A stretch of 64,000 bases of DNA from Pseudomonadota bacterium (GCA_023426365.1 JAFAAW010000040.1:2814-66813); one strand, 5' to 3'; counted from the stretch's first letter, positions 20,359 through 31,536 are shown. Translations and numbers: made by a program. The notes: generated from the sequence alone by a model not told the origin.

Positions 20359-20395
20359 CCGCGCTTCGTCGGGTCCGGCATCGGACCGACGCGAC

Positions 20396-20486
20396 GGAGG
20401 GGTGGCCGAGCGGTCGAAGGCGCACGCCTGGAAAGTGTGTATAGGTCAAAAGCCTATCGCGGGTTCGAATCCCGCCCCCTCCGCCA
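20396..20486 (+). tRNA. tRNA-Ser (anticodon GGA)
   Basis: Acceptor GGAGGGG/CCCCTCC, D-arm, anticodon arm CACGC-CTGGAAA-GTGTG, long variable arm ATAGG...CCTAT, GGTTCGAATCC T-arm, G discriminator and encoded CCA. Confidence 0.98.
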
Positions 20487-20723
20487 CTTTTCCCCGATGG
20501 GAATTCCCTGAAAAACCGGAACGACGACCTGCAGGACCGCGGGGCCGATGGGCCGCCATCCTTGCAGGCCTGTGCCTATACCTTGGGATAGGCATCTTCC
20601 GACTTTTTTCCATGCCGTTCATCGCCCGTTTGAGACTCGGCCCCAGGTCCACGCCATAGTGCCGGAGGAAGGGGCTGTTCGTGGGGAACGGACAGCCGTG
20701 GCTATGAATGGGCGATTTCAAAC

Positions 20724-20921
20724 ATGACCGACAGCGGACGCATGTGCGGTAACTGCGTGTTTTGGCGCGCGCGTGGCGGCGACGGCGATGGGCCGGCGCG
20801 GGGGCGCTGCCGCGCCCGCCTGCTGGAATTCTCCGGTCCGGGCCAGGCGGTGATGACCCAGTCGGATTTCGTCTGCGGCCAATGGTGCGGCAGGACCGGC
20901 CTGCCCGACGCCGCCGAATAG
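20724..20921 (+). CDS. Small Cys-rich protein (CxxCxxW...GxC...CGxW), putative metal or Fe-S binding
   Basis: 65-aa [17 protein letters not shown]...GRCR...DFVCGQWCG fills the intergenic gap; RBS is weak. Confidence 0.6.
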   Translation: MTDSGRMCGNCVFWRARGGDGDGPARGRCRARLLEFSGPGQAVMTQSDFVCGQWCGRTGLPDAAE

Positions 20922-21013
20922 CACGGCGTCTCGGTTCCGGCGAAAGAGACCGTGTCCGCCGGGCGTCCATGGTGGTAGAAAGGGACCGTCCCGCCCACCA
21001 GGGAGTGCAGGCC

Positions 21014-21874
21014 ATGAAGGACGACATCGCCAGTCTGCTGCATCACCCGTCACGCCGTGCCTTTTTGGGCACCGCCCTGGCCGCTACCGGCTTTGCGCTG
21101 GCCGCCGGCCAGGCACAGGCCGGCGCCATCGCCACCGACGCCGCCGGGCTGGATGCCGGGCCGGTGCTGATCCCCGCCCGCGACCGCGACTTGCCCGCCT
21201 ATGCGGCGCGCCCCAGGGGCGGCGCCCGGGTGCCGGTGGTGATGGTGATCCAGGAAATATTCGGCGTGCATGAACACATCCGCGACGTCTGCCGCCGGCT
21301 GGCCAAGCTGGGCTATCTGGCGGTGGCGCCGGAGCTGTTCGTGCGCCAGGGCGATCCCAGCACGCTGTCCGACATCCCCACCCTGATGCAGACCATCGTC
21401 GCCAAGGTGCCCGACGAGCAGGTGATGGCCGATTTGGACGCCGCCGCCGACTGGGCGGCGAAAAGCGCCGGCGGCGACGCTAATCGCCTGGGCATGACCG
21501 GCTTTTGCTGGGGCGGGCGCGTCACCTGGCTGTACGCCGCCCACAACCCGAACCTGAAGGCCGGCGTCGCCTGGTACGGCCGCCTTGAGGGACAGGCGTC
21601 AGGCAACACCCCGCGCCATCCGCTGGAGCTGGCATCCGCGCTGAAGGCGCCCGTTCTGGGCCTTTATGGCGGCGCCGACCAGGGCATCCCGCTGGACAGT
21701 GTGGAGCGCATGCGCGCGGCGCTGAAGGCGGCCGGGGGACGGTCCGAGATCGTCGTCTATGACGGCGCGCCGCATGCTTTTCACGCCGATTACCGCCCCA
21801 GCTATCGCGAACAGCCGGCCAAGGACGGCTGGGCGCGCATGCTGGCGTGGTTCAAGGGCCACGGCGTCGGCTGA
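21014..21874 (+). CDS. Dienelactone hydrolase family protein with Tat signal
   Basis: SRRAFL Tat motif, [22 protein letters not shown] nucleophile, [19 protein letters not shown]. Confidence 0.93.
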   Translation: MKDDIASLLHHPSRRAFLGTALAATGFALAAGQAQAGAIATDAAGLDAGPVLIPARDRDLPAYAARPRGGARVPVVMVIQEIFGVHEHIRDVCRRLAKLGYLAVAPELFVRQGDPSTLSDIPTLMQTIVAKVPDEQVMADLDAAADWAAKSAGGDANRLGMTGFCWGGRVTWLYAAHNPNLKAGVAWYGRLEGQASGNTPRHPLELASALKAPVLGLYGGADQGIPLDSVERMRAALKAAGGRSEIVVYDGAPHAFHADYRPSYREQPAKDGWARMLAWFKGHGVG

Positions 21875-21880
21875 CGCGCG

Positions 21881-23251
21881 TCAGCCCAGCAGGCCCAGAC
21901 GGTCGCGCAGACTCCAGCGCCCGACCACCAGGGCGGCCACGATGCCGAGTCCGACCGCCAGGGCGATCCACACCCCCTGGCCGCCCAGCCCGCCCCAGAA
22001 GGCCAGCGCCGCGCCCAACGGGATGGACACCAGCCAATAGCCGAAGCCGGCGAACAGCATGGGCACCTTGGTGTCCTTGAGTCCGCGCAGCGCGCCCGCC
22101 CCCACCACCTGGGCGCCGTCCACCACCTGGAACATGGCGGCGATGGCCAGGAAGCTGACCGCCAACGCCACCACCGGCACCGATTGCGGCAGCGAGGTGT
22201 CGAGGAACAGCCCGACGATGGGCCGCGCCGCCACCGTCAGCAGCAGCGCCGTGCAGGCCATGAAGCCGGTGCCCAAGCCGAGCGCCACCCAGCCGGCGCG
22301 GCGCACGCCGCCGACATCGCCCGCCCCGGCCGCCAGCCCCACCCGCACGGTGGCCGCATGGCTCATGCCCAGCGGCACCATGAAGGTGACCGACGCCACC
22401 TGCAGCGCGATGGCGTGGGCGGCCACCGCATCGGTGGAGATCAGGCCCATCAGGAAGGCGGCGGCGTTGAACCCCGTCACCTCGAACGCCATGGCCAGCG
22501 CCATGGGCACGCCGATGCGCACCAGCTCGCGGAACTTGGGCCAGTCGGCGCGCCACCAATTGCCCAGGATGTGATAGCGGCGGAAGCGACGGTCCCAATA
22601 CAGGAAGGCCACCAGCGCCAGCGCCATGCAGGTGTACGACAGCGTCGAGGAGACGCCCGCCCCGACCACGCCCAGGCGCGGCGCCCCCCAATGGCCGAAC
22701 ATCAGCACCCAGTTGGAGGCCACGTGCAGGATCACCCCCGCCCAACTGACCACCATGCTGGCGCGCGGGCGCTGTTGCGCCGCCAGGAACGACCGCAGCA
22801 CCACCACCCACAGGGCGGGCAGCACGCTCCATTGCAGGGCGCGGATATAGGCGGCGGCCGAGGCCGACAGGTCCGCCTGCTGCCCCAGCAGCAGCAGCAA
22901 GGCCTCGGCATGCCACAGCACGGCCCAGCATATCAGCGCATAGGCCGACACCACCCACAGCCCCTGGCGGGTGACGCGGCGGCATTCGCGCACTTCGTGG
23001 CGATGGCGGCCAAGGGTCTGGGCCAAGAGCGGCGACGACGCCATGCCCAGACCGAAACCGGGAATGAGCGCGGCGAAGAACAAGCCGGTGCCCAGGGCGC
23101 CGGCCGCCAATTCGGCCGGTCCCAGCCATCCCATCATCAGGGTGTCGGTGGTGCCGATGGCGATTTGCGCCAGATTGGTCAGAATCAGCGGCCAGCCCAG
23201 CGACAGGGTGGCCAGCACTTCGGTGCGCCAAGGACGGGGATTTGCGGACAT
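21881..23251 (-). CDS. MATE-family efflux transporter (NorM-like)
   Basis: PLILTNLAQ..IGTTDTLMMG, 12-TM pattern, FQVVDGAQVVGAGALRGLKDT. Confidence 0.92.
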   Translation of the reverse strand: MSANPRPWRTEVLATLSLGWPLILTNLAQIAIGTTDTLMMGWLGPAELAAGALGTGLFFAALIPGFGLGMASSPLLAQTLGRHRHEVRECRRVTRQGLWVVSAYALICWAVLWHAEALLLLLGQQADLSASAAAYIRALQWSVLPALWVVVLRSFLAAQQRPRASMVVSWAGVILHVASNWVLMFGHWGAPRLGVVGAGVSSTLSYTCMALALVAFLYWDRRFRRYHILGNWWRADWPKFRELVRIGVPMALAMAFEVTGFNAAAFLMGLISTDAVAAHAIALQVASVTFMVPLGMSHAATVRVGLAAGAGDVGGVRRAGWVALGLGTGFMACTALLLTVAARPIVGLFLDTSLPQSVPVVALAVSFLAIAAMFQVVDGAQVVGAGALRGLKDTKVPMLFAGFGYWLVSIPLGAALAFWGGLGGQGVWIALAVGLGIVAALVVGRWSLRDRLGLLG

Positions 23252-23406
23252 GGGCCGGCTTATACACCCCCGCCCCCGGCGCCGCCAGCCGTTGCCTGCG
23301 TGCATGGATCGGGCGGCGGAACACGACCCGTCACCAATCGCGCATGGACTCCGGCCCGCGACCTGTCGTACCACTATTGGCAGGCAGGCGAGACGAAGGT
23401 ACAGGG

Positions 23407-23850
23407 ATGAGCAGCAGCGGCGCGATCGTCATTCTGATGGCCGATGACGACCCGGCGGATGTCCGCCTGACCCAGAAGGCGCTTGAGGAATGTCACCTCA
23501 AGAACGACTTCCGCCACGTCCAAGACGGCCAGGAATTGCTGGACTACCTGAACCGGCGCGGCCGCTATGCCGATCCGGCGCTGTCGCCGCGCCCCGGCCT
23601 GATCCTGCTGGACCTGAACATGCCGGGCATGGACGGCCGCACCGCCCTGGCCCATCTGAAGGCCGACCCCGACCTGCGGCGCATTCCGGTGGTCATCCTG
23701 ACCACCTCGAAGGCGGAGGAGGACGTCGCCCGCTCCTACGATCTGGGCGCCAATTCCTTTGTCAGCAAGCCGGTGACCTTCGACGGGCTGGTGGAGGTGG
23801 TGCGCACGCTCGACACCTACTGGTTCCAGCTTGTCGCCCTGCCGCACTGA
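23407..23850 (+). CDS. Single-domain response regulator (Rcp1-like)
   Basis: ILMADDDPADVRL, LILLDLNMPGMDG, IPVVILTTS.AEEDV.RSYDLGANSF.SKP...YW. Confidence 0.92.
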   Translation: MSSSGAIVILMADDDPADVRLTQKALEECHLKNDFRHVQDGQELLDYLNRRGRYADPALSPRPGLILLDLNMPGMDGRTALAHLKADPDLRRIPVVILTTSKAEEDVARSYDLGANSFVSKPVTFDGLVEVVRTLDTYWFQLVALPH

Positions 23851-23938
23851 ACCCGAAGCCGCGCGGGCCTGAACGCCCTCCCTCCGCGAGGGGCGCCATA
23901 GCCACAATGCGGGGACAGCGCTGCCCGAGCGGCAATAC

Positions 23939-24703
23939 CTAGTGCACGCCCTTCTCTGCGCCGGTGCGCTGCTTGATCGCGTCCACCTGGGCCTGGTTGG
24001 CGGCCATCCAGGCGTCGAATTCCGCCAGGACCGGCACGTGCTCGACCGTTGACAGGCGATAGGCGTCGCGGGAATGGGGCAGGCTGGGATCGAACACCAG
24101 TGCGCCCGGGGTCTTCAGCTCGCGATCCAGGATGTCGTTGACCACCGCCACCGAGGCATAGGCGCCGTCCAGGCGCCCCACCGCCACCTGACGCAGCAGC
24201 AGGTCCATGCGGGGGTTTTCCTTCACCACCACCTTGCCGCCGCGCAGCACGTCCAGCCACGCGAACGGCGTGAAGCCCGACACCGTGCCCAGGGTCCGGA
24301 TGCTGGACTGGCCCTTGCCCGCGTTCTCGGGCCGGACCAGGACGCCGTCCACATAGGCGATCACCGGGCGGGAATAGACGATCTGGTGCCCCTGCTTCAA
24401 ATCGACCGCCCAGTTGGGGTGATCGGGGAACTTGAGATCGATGCCGCCCGACAGCAACTCGGCGTACAGGCGCTTCACCGGCAAGGGACGATAGACCAGC
24501 GTATAGCCGCGCGCCTGGGCGAAGGCGTCGAAGATTTCGCGGGCGGCGCCCACGTACTCGCCCTTTTGCACCGCATAGGCGGGGAAATAGTCGAGTTCCT
24601 CGACCCCGACGACCAGTTCGCGCTTTTGCGCATTGGCTGGTCCCGTCATAGCCAGGCACACGGCCATCACGGCCAGCGCCATCCGTATCAGCGACATCCG
24701 CAT
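23939..24703 (-). CDS. Periplasmic substrate-binding domain protein (family 3-like), no ABC genes adjacent
   Basis: Signal peptide ending ANA, YFPAY, LPVKRL, GTVSGFTP, GRLDGAY; start may be 24697. Confidence 0.75.
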   Translation of the reverse strand: MRMSLIRMALAVMAVCLAMTGPANAQKRELVVGVEELDYFPAYAVQKGEYVGAAREIFDAFAQARGYTLVYRPLPVKRLYAELLSGGIDLKFPDHPNWAVDLKQGHQIVYSRPVIAYVDGVLVRPENAGKGQSSIRTLGTVSGFTPFAWLDVLRGGKVVVKENPRMDLLLRQVAVGRLDGAYASVAVVNDILDRELKTPGALVFDPSLPHSRDAYRLSTVEHVPVLAEFDAWMAANQAQVDAIKQRTGAEKGVH

Positions 24704-24790
24704 TCCCCGCTTTGCGATGTGCCCATGGTCGCGCGGGCGGAGGATTGATGCAAGCCGCCTGCGTCAATCTGGTTTTATATAAAATTTTAT

Positions 24791-25375
24791 CTAATTGCAC
24801 CCTATCCGTTTGATCGATCCGGGCTGCAGGCGGAACACCGCATCCTGCGGCGAATCGCCCTGCAACGCCTGGTTCGGGTCCATGCCCAGATGCAGCCCGC
24901 GCAGCACCCGGCCGGCCACGCCGTGGCTGACCACCACCAGCTTTTCGCCCGCCGCCCGCTCGGACAGCCACGCCCCCAGGCGTTCGGCGAAATGGCCGTA
25001 GCTTTCGCCGCCCGGGCAGCGGAAGAACCACGAATTGATGCCCGACCCCGACAGGTCGTCGGGCGACATCTCAGCCTTGAGGCGGCCCGACCAATGGCCG
25101 GTGGAAATCTCCTTGAGGCGCTGGTCCAGCTCGATCGAGGCGAAGTCCAGGCCGGCCACCTCGGACAGGATGGCGGCGGTCTGCACGCAGCGCGGCAGCG
25201 GGCTGGAGATCAGGCGCCAGCCGGCGCCGTCGCCCACCATGCCCCTGATGGTGCGGCCATAGGCCTGGGCCTGCGCGATGCCCTTGAGCGTCAGCGGCGA
25301 ATCGCCATGACCCTGGATGCGCTTCTGGCGGTTCCAGTGGGTCTCGCCGTGGCGGACGAGAAGGATGTCGAACAT
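24791..25375 (-). CDS. Histidine phosphatase (phosphoglycerate mutase) family protein
   Basis: LVRHGETHWN...QG..DSPLT, SSPL.RC.QT, LKEI..G.W.G, PGGES, VVSHG. Confidence 0.92.
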   Translation of the reverse strand: MFDILLVRHGETHWNRQKRIQGHGDSPLTLKGIAQAQAYGRTIRGMVGDGAGWRLISSPLPRCVQTAAILSEVAGLDFASIELDQRLKEISTGHWSGRLKAEMSPDDLSGSGINSWFFRCPGGESYGHFAERLGAWLSERAAGEKLVVVSHGVAGRVLRGLHLGMDPNQALQGDSPQDAVFRLQPGSIKRIGCN

Positions 25376-25410
25376 GGAAGTCTCTCGCAAACGGAACGGC
25401 CTTCCTTCCA

Positions 25411-25472
25411 CCGTCATGCCCGGACTTGATCCGGGCATCCATGGATCGCCGGGTCAGGCCCGGCGATGGCGG
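25411..25472. repeat. CGTC-tagged REP-type palindromic dimer
   Basis: CGTC-ATGCCCGG-ACTTGAT-CCGGGCAT-CCA followed by an inverted unit TGGAT-CGCCGGG-TCAGG-CCCGGCG-ATGGCG, just downstream of pheT. Confidence 0.85.
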
Positions 25473-25499
25473 GGAAGAAAGGCCGCCAATACAGAACGT

Positions 25500-27896
25500 T
25501 TACGACCGCAAGACGCCGCCGGTGGCCTTGACCACCGCATCCACGATCTTCTTGGCCACCGCCTCGATCTCCTCGTCGGTCAGCGTCTTCTCGGTCGGCT
25601 GAAGGGTGGCGGTGATGGCGATGGACTTCTTGCCCTCGCCCACGTTCGGGCCTTCGTAGAGGTCGAACACGGCGATGTCGCTCACCAGCGCCTTGTCGGC
25701 GTTCTTGGCGGCACGCACCACCTGATCGGCCGACACGGCGGCGTCCAGCACGAAGGCGAAGTCGCGCTCCAGCGGCTGGAACGGCGACGATTTCAGCGCC
25801 GGCTTGGCCTTGGTCGCCTTGGCCTTTTGCGGCGGCAGGGCTTCCAGGAACAGCTCGAACGCCACCACCGGCCCCTTGACGTCCAGCGCGGCCAGGGTGG
25901 CCGGGTGCACCTCGCCGAAATAGGCCACCGGCTTGTTGCCGAGCTTCAGCGTGCCCGAGCGGCCGGGGTGATACCAGCCGGGACCGCCCGCCGCCACCTG
26001 AAACGAGTCCGGGTTGGCGCCGGCCGCCGCGATGGCCGCCATCAGGTCGGCCTTGGCGTCGAACACGTCCACCGCGCGGGTCTTTTCCGACCAATGGCGC
26101 GGCACGGCGCGGCCGGCGCGGATGCCGGCGGCGACGGCGCGCTGCTGGCCCGGCTCGGGACCGTCGAATTGCGGGCCGATCTCGAACAGGCCGACATCGC
26201 GGAACCCACGGTCGGCATTGCGGCCGGCGGCGGCGACCAGATTGGGCAGCACGGATGGCCGCATGGCGTCCAGATCCGACGAGATCGGGTTGGCCAGATG
26301 CATCTCGGGCGCCCCGCCGCCAAACAGCTTGGCCTGGGCCGACGGCAGGAACGACCACGTCACCGTTTCCACCAGCCCGCGCGCGGCCAACTGGCGGCGC
26401 ACCCACGACGCCCGACGCTGGCCGGGGGTCAGCAGCGGCTTGGGCATGCTGGGGCGCGGCAGCGGCACGGTCGGCAGCAGGTCATAGCCGTTGATGCGGA
26501 TGACCTCTTCCACCAGATCGTGCTCGGCGGTGATGTCGCCGCGCCACGACGGCGGCACCACCAGCAGGCCGTCGTCGTGTTCCGACACGGTGCAGCCCAG
26601 GCCGCGCAAGATGTCTTCCTGCTTCTGCTTGCTCACCTCGACGCCGCCCAGCTCGGCCACGCGCTCGGGGCGCATGACGATCGAGGCGCGCCAATCCGGC
26701 TCGGCGCCGGCGACGATCAGCTCGGACGCCTCGCCGCCGCACAAATCCAGGATCATGCGGGTGGCGATTTCCGCCGCCGGCACGATGAAGGCCGGGTCCA
26801 CGCCGCGCTCGAAGCGGAAGCGGGCATCCGACAGGATGTCCAGCTTGCGGCCCGTGGTGGCGGTGCGGATGGGATCGAAATAGGCCACTTCCAGGAACAC
26901 GTCGGTGGTGGCCTCGGTGCAGCCGGAATGCTCGCCGCCCATGATGCCGGCGATGGCCTCGGCGCCCGCCTCGTCGGCGATCACCGTCATCTCGGACGAC
27001 AGCGTGTATTCCTTGCCGTTCAGCGCCAGCAGCTTTTCGCCGTCACGGGCCAGACGGGCGCGGATGTCGCCCTTGACCAGGGCGGCGTCGAACACGTGCA
27101 GCGGCCGGGCCAGGTCGTAGGTGATGTAGTTGGTGATGTCCACCAGGGCCGAGATGGGACGCAGGCCGATGGCGGTCAGGCGGTCCTTCAGCCAGTCCGG
27201 GCTTTCGCCGTTCTTCACGCTCCGGATCAGGCGGCCGGCGAAATACGGGCAGGCCGAAAGGGTGTCGGGGCTGAATTCCAGCTTGACGCCGATCGGGCTC
27301 TTGAAGCTGCCCGGCACGGCATCGGCCTTGAGCGGCTTGAGCGTGCCCAGGCCGGAAGCCGCCAGATCGCGCGCCACGCCGCGCACGCCCAGGCAGTCGG
27401 CGCGGTTGGGGGTGATGCTGATCTCGATCATGGGATCGAAGCTCATCACCTCGACCAGCTTGGCGCCGACCGGCAGCGATGGGTCCAGTTCGGCAATGCC
27501 GTCATGGTCCTCGCCCAGGCTCAGCTCGCGCCACGAGCACATCATGCCCTGGCTTTCCACGCCGCGCACGTTGCCCTTCTTCAGCGCCTCGCCGGTGACG
27601 GGGATGACGGTGCCCGGCTGGGCCAGGATGACCTTGAGTCCGGCGCGCGCGTTGGGGGCGCCGCACACCACCTGGATGACACCGGCGCCGGTATCCACCT
27701 TGCACACGCGCAGGCGGTCGGCGTTGGGGTGCTTGTCGGCCTCCAGCACGTGGGCGACGACGAAGCCGCCCAGACGCGCGGCCGGGTCCTCGACGCCCTC
27801 GACCTCGAGGCCCAGCATGGTCAGGCGCGCCTCGATCTCGGCCAGGCTGGCATCGGTCTCAAGATGCTCCTTGAGCCACGACAGAGTGAACTTCAT
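25500..27896 (-). CDS. pheT: Phenylalanine--tRNA ligase beta subunit
   Basis: [45 protein letters not shown]; 798 aa. Confidence 0.99.
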   Translation of the reverse strand: MKFTLSWLKEHLETDASLAEIEARLTMLGLEVEGVEDPAARLGGFVVAHVLEADKHPNADRLRVCKVDTGAGVIQVVCGAPNARAGLKVILAQPGTVIPVTGEALKKGNVRGVESQGMMCSWRELSLGEDHDGIAELDPSLPVGAKLVEVMSFDPMIEISITPNRADCLGVRGVARDLAASGLGTLKPLKADAVPGSFKSPIGVKLEFSPDTLSACPYFAGRLIRSVKNGESPDWLKDRLTAIGLRPISALVDITNYITYDLARPLHVFDAALVKGDIRARLARDGEKLLALNGKEYTLSSEMTVIADEAGAEAIAGIMGGEHSGCTEATTDVFLEVAYFDPIRTATTGRKLDILSDARFRFERGVDPAFIVPAAEIATRMILDLCGGEASELIVAGAEPDWRASIVMRPERVAELGGVEVSKQKQEDILRGLGCTVSEHDDGLLVVPPSWRGDITAEHDLVEEVIRINGYDLLPTVPLPRPSMPKPLLTPGQRRASWVRRQLAARGLVETVTWSFLPSAQAKLFGGGAPEMHLANPISSDLDAMRPSVLPNLVAAAGRNADRGFRDVGLFEIGPQFDGPEPGQQRAVAAGIRAGRAVPRHWSEKTRAVDVFDAKADLMAAIAAAGANPDSFQVAAGGPGWYHPGRSGTLKLGNKPVAYFGEVHPATLAALDVKGPVVAFELFLEALPPQKAKATKAKPALKSSPFQPLERDFAFVLDAAVSADQVVRAAKNADKALVSDIAVFDLYEGPNVGEGKKSIAITATLQPTEKTLTDEEIEAVAKKIVDAVVKATGGVLRS

Positions 27897-28969
27897 CGGG
27901 TCAGCCCTCCGGACAGGGTCGGCACGTCAAGCGGCACGAAGCCGTAATGCTTGAGCCAGCGCAGATCGGAATCGAAGAAGGTGCGCAGATCGGGGATGCC
28001 GTATTTCAGCATGGCCATGCGCTCGACGCCCATGCCGAAGGCGAAGCCCTGGTACTCGTCGGGGTCCAGGCCGCAGGCGCGCAGCACGTTGGGATGCACC
28101 ATGCCCGAGCCGCCGATCTCCAGCCAGCCCGAGCCCTTGCCGATGCGCAGCTCGCCGCCCTCGCGCGAGCAGCCGATATCCACCTCGGCCGAGGGTTCGG
28201 TGAACGGGAAGAAGCTGGGGCGGAAGCGCACCGGCACCTCGTCCACCTCGAAGAAGGTGGTGACGAATTCCATCAGGCAGCCCTTGAGGTGGCCCATATG
28301 GGTGGTCTTGTCGATGACCAGACCCTCGATCTGATGGAACATGGGCGTGTGCGTCATGTCCGAGTCGCAGCGATAGGTGCGCCCCGGGGCGATGATGCGG
28401 ATTGGCGGCTTGTTGGCCAGCATGGTGCGGATCTGCACCGGGCTGGTGTGGGTGCGCAGCAGGTGGCGCGAGCCGTCGGCCTTCTCGCCGAAATAGAAGG
28501 TGTCGTGCATCTGCCGGGCCGGGTGTTCGGCCGGGATGTTCAGCGCGGTGAAGTTATGGAAGTCGTCCTCGATGTCGGGACCTTCCGCCACCTCGAAGCC
28601 CATCTGGGCGAAGATGGCGGTCATCTCGTCCATCACCTGGGAAATGGGGTGGATCCGGCCCTGGGACTCGGGGCGCACCGGCAGCGTGACGTCCACGCGC
28701 TCGCGCGCCAGCTTGGCCTCCAGCGCCTGCGCCTCCAGCCCGGCCTTGGCCGCGGCGATGGCGTCGGCCACCTGATCCTTGACGGCGTTGAGCTGGGCGC
28801 CCGCCGCCTTGCGTTCGTCCGGGCTCATCTTGCCCAAGGACGCCATCAGGGCGGAGACGCTGCCCTTCTTGCCCAGTGTCGCCACGCGGGCGGCTTCCAG
28901 GGCCTCCAGGCTGGCGGCGCCGGCCACCAGCGCCAGGGCCTCGGCGCGGATCTTATCGAGTTCGTCCAT
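27893..28969 (-). CDS. pheS: Phenylalanine--tRNA ligase alpha subunit
   Basis: [50 protein letters not shown]. Confidence 0.99.
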   Translation of the reverse strand: MDELDKIRAEALALVAGAASLEALEAARVATLGKKGSVSALMASLGKMSPDERKAAGAQLNAVKDQVADAIAAAKAGLEAQALEAKLARERVDVTLPVRPESQGRIHPISQVMDEMTAIFAQMGFEVAEGPDIEDDFHNFTALNIPAEHPARQMHDTFYFGEKADGSRHLLRTHTSPVQIRTMLANKPPIRIIAPGRTYRCDSDMTHTPMFHQIEGLVIDKTTHMGHLKGCLMEFVTTFFEVDEVPVRFRPSFFPFTEPSAEVDIGCSREGGELRIGKGSGWLEIGGSGMVHPNVLRACGLDPDEYQGFAFGMGVERMAMLKYGIPDLRTFFDSDLRWLKHYGFVPLDVPTLSGGLTR

Positions 28970-28991
28970 CGACTTTCCCCATATGGACGCG

Positions 28992-29021
28992 AAAAGGGGC
29001 CGCCCTCAACGGGCGACCCCT
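28992..29021 (-). terminator. Putative intrinsic terminator between rplT and pheS
   Basis: Minus strand AGGGGTCGCCC-GTTGA-GGGCGGCCCCT followed by TTT. Confidence 0.65.
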
Positions 29022-29062
29022 CCGCGTAATTTCCCTCTCCCCTTGCGGGGATCGGACAAGCC

Positions 29063-29419
29063 TTACTGGAGGGCCGCCTGGGCCTTCTCAACCAGCGACT
29101 TGAAGGCTTCCGGCTCGCGGGCGGCGATGTCCGCCAGGACCTTGCGGTCGAGCGCGATGCCAGCCTTCTTCAGGCCGTCCATAAATCGGGAATAGGGCAC
29201 GCCGTACTGGCGGGTGCCGGCGTTGATGCGCTGGATCCAGAGCGCGCGGAAATTGCGCTTCTTGGCGCGACGGTCACGATAGGCGTAACGCAGCGCCTTC
29301 TCGACCTTCTCGATCGCAACGCGGAAGCACGAATTGGCACGGCCGCGATAGCCCTTGGCCAGCTTCAGGATCTTCTTGTGACGGGCGTGCGCAATCACGC
29401 CCCGCTTGACGCGCGCCAT
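29063..29419 (-). CDS. rplT: 50S ribosomal protein L20
   Basis: MARVKRGV...AKGYRG...[20 protein letters not shown]...LDRKVLA. Confidence 0.99.
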   Translation of the reverse strand: MARVKRGVIAHARHKKILKLAKGYRGRANSCFRVAIEKVEKALRYAYRDRRAKKRNFRALWIQRINAGTRQYGVPYSRFMDGLKKAGIALDRKVLADIAAREPEAFKSLVEKAQAALQ

Positions 29420-29625
29420 TACTTAGCTCCGTTCGGCAGGTAGTATTGCTTGACCTTCTCACCATCAGCCTTGAACAGGATGAAGGTGCCGCGAGCCTGG
29501 CGCTTCATGTCCTGGGGCTTCGCGGAGAGGCAGTGGCGCTTGTTGGCCACGTTGCCTTTGACCTTGCCGGAGGCGGTGAGCTTAAACCGCTTCTTGGCGG
29601 CGCTCTTGGTCTTCATCTTGGGCAT
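29419..29625 (-). CDS. rpmI: 50S ribosomal protein L35
   Basis: [26 protein letters not shown] overlap with rplT. Confidence 0.98.
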   Translation of the reverse strand: MPKMKTKSAAKKRFKLTASGKVKGNVANKRHCLSAKPQDMKRQARGTFILFKADGEKVKQYYLPNGAK

Positions 29626-29707
29626 TTTCGCTTGTCCTTACGGTGCGAGTGAGCGATTCAGGCGCGACAAGGCATGCCACCGGCCTATGCCGCGCGAGGA
29701 AGGGACG

Positions 29708-29736
29708 CTTATAGCGATTCGCCCCACCCATTGCAA
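29708..29736 (-). promoter_or_regulatory. Sigma70 promoter of rpmI-rplT
   Basis: Minus strand TTGCAA-N17-TATAAG. Confidence 0.7.
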
Positions 29737-29838
29737 GCACCCCCGCATGGGCGCGCCGTCACCTGCCGTCACTGGCGTTCCCTGTGCGCCCGTGCGATAG
29801 TTCCCGCCGGGGTTCGCAGGGGGGATTCAAATAAGGGA

Positions 29839-31536
29839 ATGAACGCCGCAGGCGACATCAACCGATCGCGCGATCTTTACGTGGCCTTCGCCTTTGCCGC
29901 CGCCGACCTGCTGGTCGAGGTGGAGGAGGACGGCCGCATCGGCTTCGCCGTCGGCGCCGCCATGGCGCTGGCCGGCAAGCCGGCCCGCCTGCTTGCCGGG
30001 GTGCCGCTGGCCGAGCTGTTCATCGCCGAGGACACCGAACGCGTGGTGCGCGCGCTCAGCCGCATGGATCGCGGCGACCGTGTGCGCCACCTGCTGCTGC
30101 ACACCCCGCCCAACGGCAACGGCCATCCGGCCAAGCCGGTGGCGGTGTCGGGCTATCGCCACCCGCAGCGCCCGGGCGCCCGCCTGCTGGCGCTGACCCA
30201 TGCCGCCGCGCTGGACGTGCCGGCCGAGGCGCACGATCCCATTTCCGGCCTGCTGGACAAGGACAATTTCACCGACCTGGCCCGGCGCATGCTGAGCGAA
30301 TCCTCGGCGGTGGAGCCGGACGCGGCCTACCAGTTGACCATGCTGGAAGTGCCCCAGGTGGAGAAGGTGCGCGCCCAGGCCGGCCCGCTGGCCGCCGACG
30401 AGTTCATGGCCGAGCTGGGCGACCGCCTGCGCGCCTGCTCGGTGGGCGGCGACGCGGCCGGCGAACTGGGCGAAAACAAATACGGCCTGATCCACGCCCC
30501 CAGCGTCACCACCGACGCCATCGAAAACACCATCAGCGAATTGCTGCACGCCTTTCTGCCGCCGCCGCCCCATCAGGCGGTGCAAAGCGCCTCCATGGCG
30601 CTGGACGGCGCGGGCATCTCGTCCGAAGAGGCGGCCAACGCGCTGATCTACAGCCTGAACGCCTTTTCCCATTCCGGCACCATGACGCTGGACGGGCTGG
30701 CCAGCGACCTGCGCCCGCGCCTGTCGGAAACGGTGGCGCAGATGCGCGAGATCAAGACGGTGATCGACACCGGCGGATTCGAGCTGGTGTTCCAGCCGGT
30801 GGTCGATCTGTGGACCGGCGTCGTCCACCATTTCGAATGCCTGGTGCGCTTTCCCGGCCGCGACTCGCCGTTCGAAACCGTCACCTTCGCCGAGAATGTG
30901 GGCATGGTCGGCGGCCTGGACCTGGCCATCCTGCGCCGCGCCGTCGAGTTCATGCGCTCGCCCATGGGCAAGCACGAGGCGCTGCGCTTCGCCGTCAACC
31001 TGTCGGGGCGATCGCTGTCGCACATCGCCACCGCCCGCCAGTTGCTGGAGATCGTGCGCGACGCCAGCGACCTGCGCGGACGGCTCTTGTTCGAGCTGAC
31101 CGAATCGGCCGAGGTCGAGGACCTGCCGGCGGTCAACGGGGTGTTGCAGATGCTGCGCCGGCAGGGTTTCCCGGTCTGCCTGGACGATTTCGGCGCGGGC
31201 GCCGCCGCCTTCCACTATCTGCGCGCGCTCCAGGTCGATCACGTCAAGATCGACGGGTCCTACATCCGCGAGATTTCGTCGAACGGCGAAAGCACGCCCT
31301 TCCTGCGCGCCATCGCCGGACTGTGCCGCGACCTCAAGGTGGGCACCATCGCGGAATTCGTGGAAAACAGCGAAACCACCAACCTGCTCAAGCTGCTCAA
31401 GGTGCGCTTCGGCCAGGGCTATCATTTCGGCAAGCCCATCAATCCCCGCCCGGCGGCCGATGCCGCCCTGCGCGGCTGGGCGGTCGACAACATGGAATGG
31501 CAGAACGGCCTGCTGGTGTGCCGCTCGGCGCTGTAG
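29839..31536 (+). CDS. EAL-domain c-di-GMP phosphodiesterase-like protein with PAS-like N-terminus and degenerate GGDEF domain
   Basis: FQPVV...FECLVR, AVNLSGRSL, FELTES, LDDFGAG, VKIDG, AEFVE, GQGYHFGKP; upstream HDPISGLL...LGENKYGL is a GGDEF-like fold lacking the signature. Confidence 0.88.
   Translation: MNAAGDINRSRDLYVAFAFAAADLLVEVEEDGRIGFAVGAAMALAGKPARLLAGVPLAELFIAEDTERVVRALSRMDRGDRVRHLLLHTPPNGNGHPAKPVAVSGYRHPQRPGARLLALTHAAALDVPAEAHDPISGLLDKDNFTDLARRMLSESSAVEPDAAYQLTMLEVPQVEKVRAQAGPLAADEFMAELGDRLRACSVGGDAAGELGENKYGLIHAPSVTTDAIENTISELLHAFLPPPPHQAVQSASMALDGAGISSEEAANALIYSLNAFSHSGTMTLDGLASDLRPRLSETVAQMREIKTVIDTGGFELVFQPVVDLWTGVVHHFECLVRFPGRDSPFETVTFAENVGMVGGLDLAILRRAVEFMRSPMGKHEALRFAVNLSGRSLSHIATARQLLEIVRDASDLRGRLLFELTESAEVEDLPAVNGVLQMLRRQGFPVCLDDFGAGAAAFHYLRALQVDHVKIDGSYIREISSNGESTPFLRAIAGLCRDLKVGTIAEFVENSETTNLLKLLKVRFGQGYHFGKPINPRPAADAALRGWAVDNMEWQNGLLVCRSAL

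Noticed and set aside
24742..24795. AT-rich patch and imperfect inverted repeat upstream of the binding-protein gene
   Set aside because: Most simply an ordinary promoter region; no regulator or structure could be assigned.
20396..25400. Genomic island integrated at tRNA-Ser
   Set aside because: No integrase, no duplicated tRNA 3' end seen in the window, and downstream genes have host-like composition.
29626..29838. Missing infC upstream of rpmI-rplT
   Set aside because: rpmI has its own sigma70 promoter here and separation from infC is common in alphaproteobacteria.
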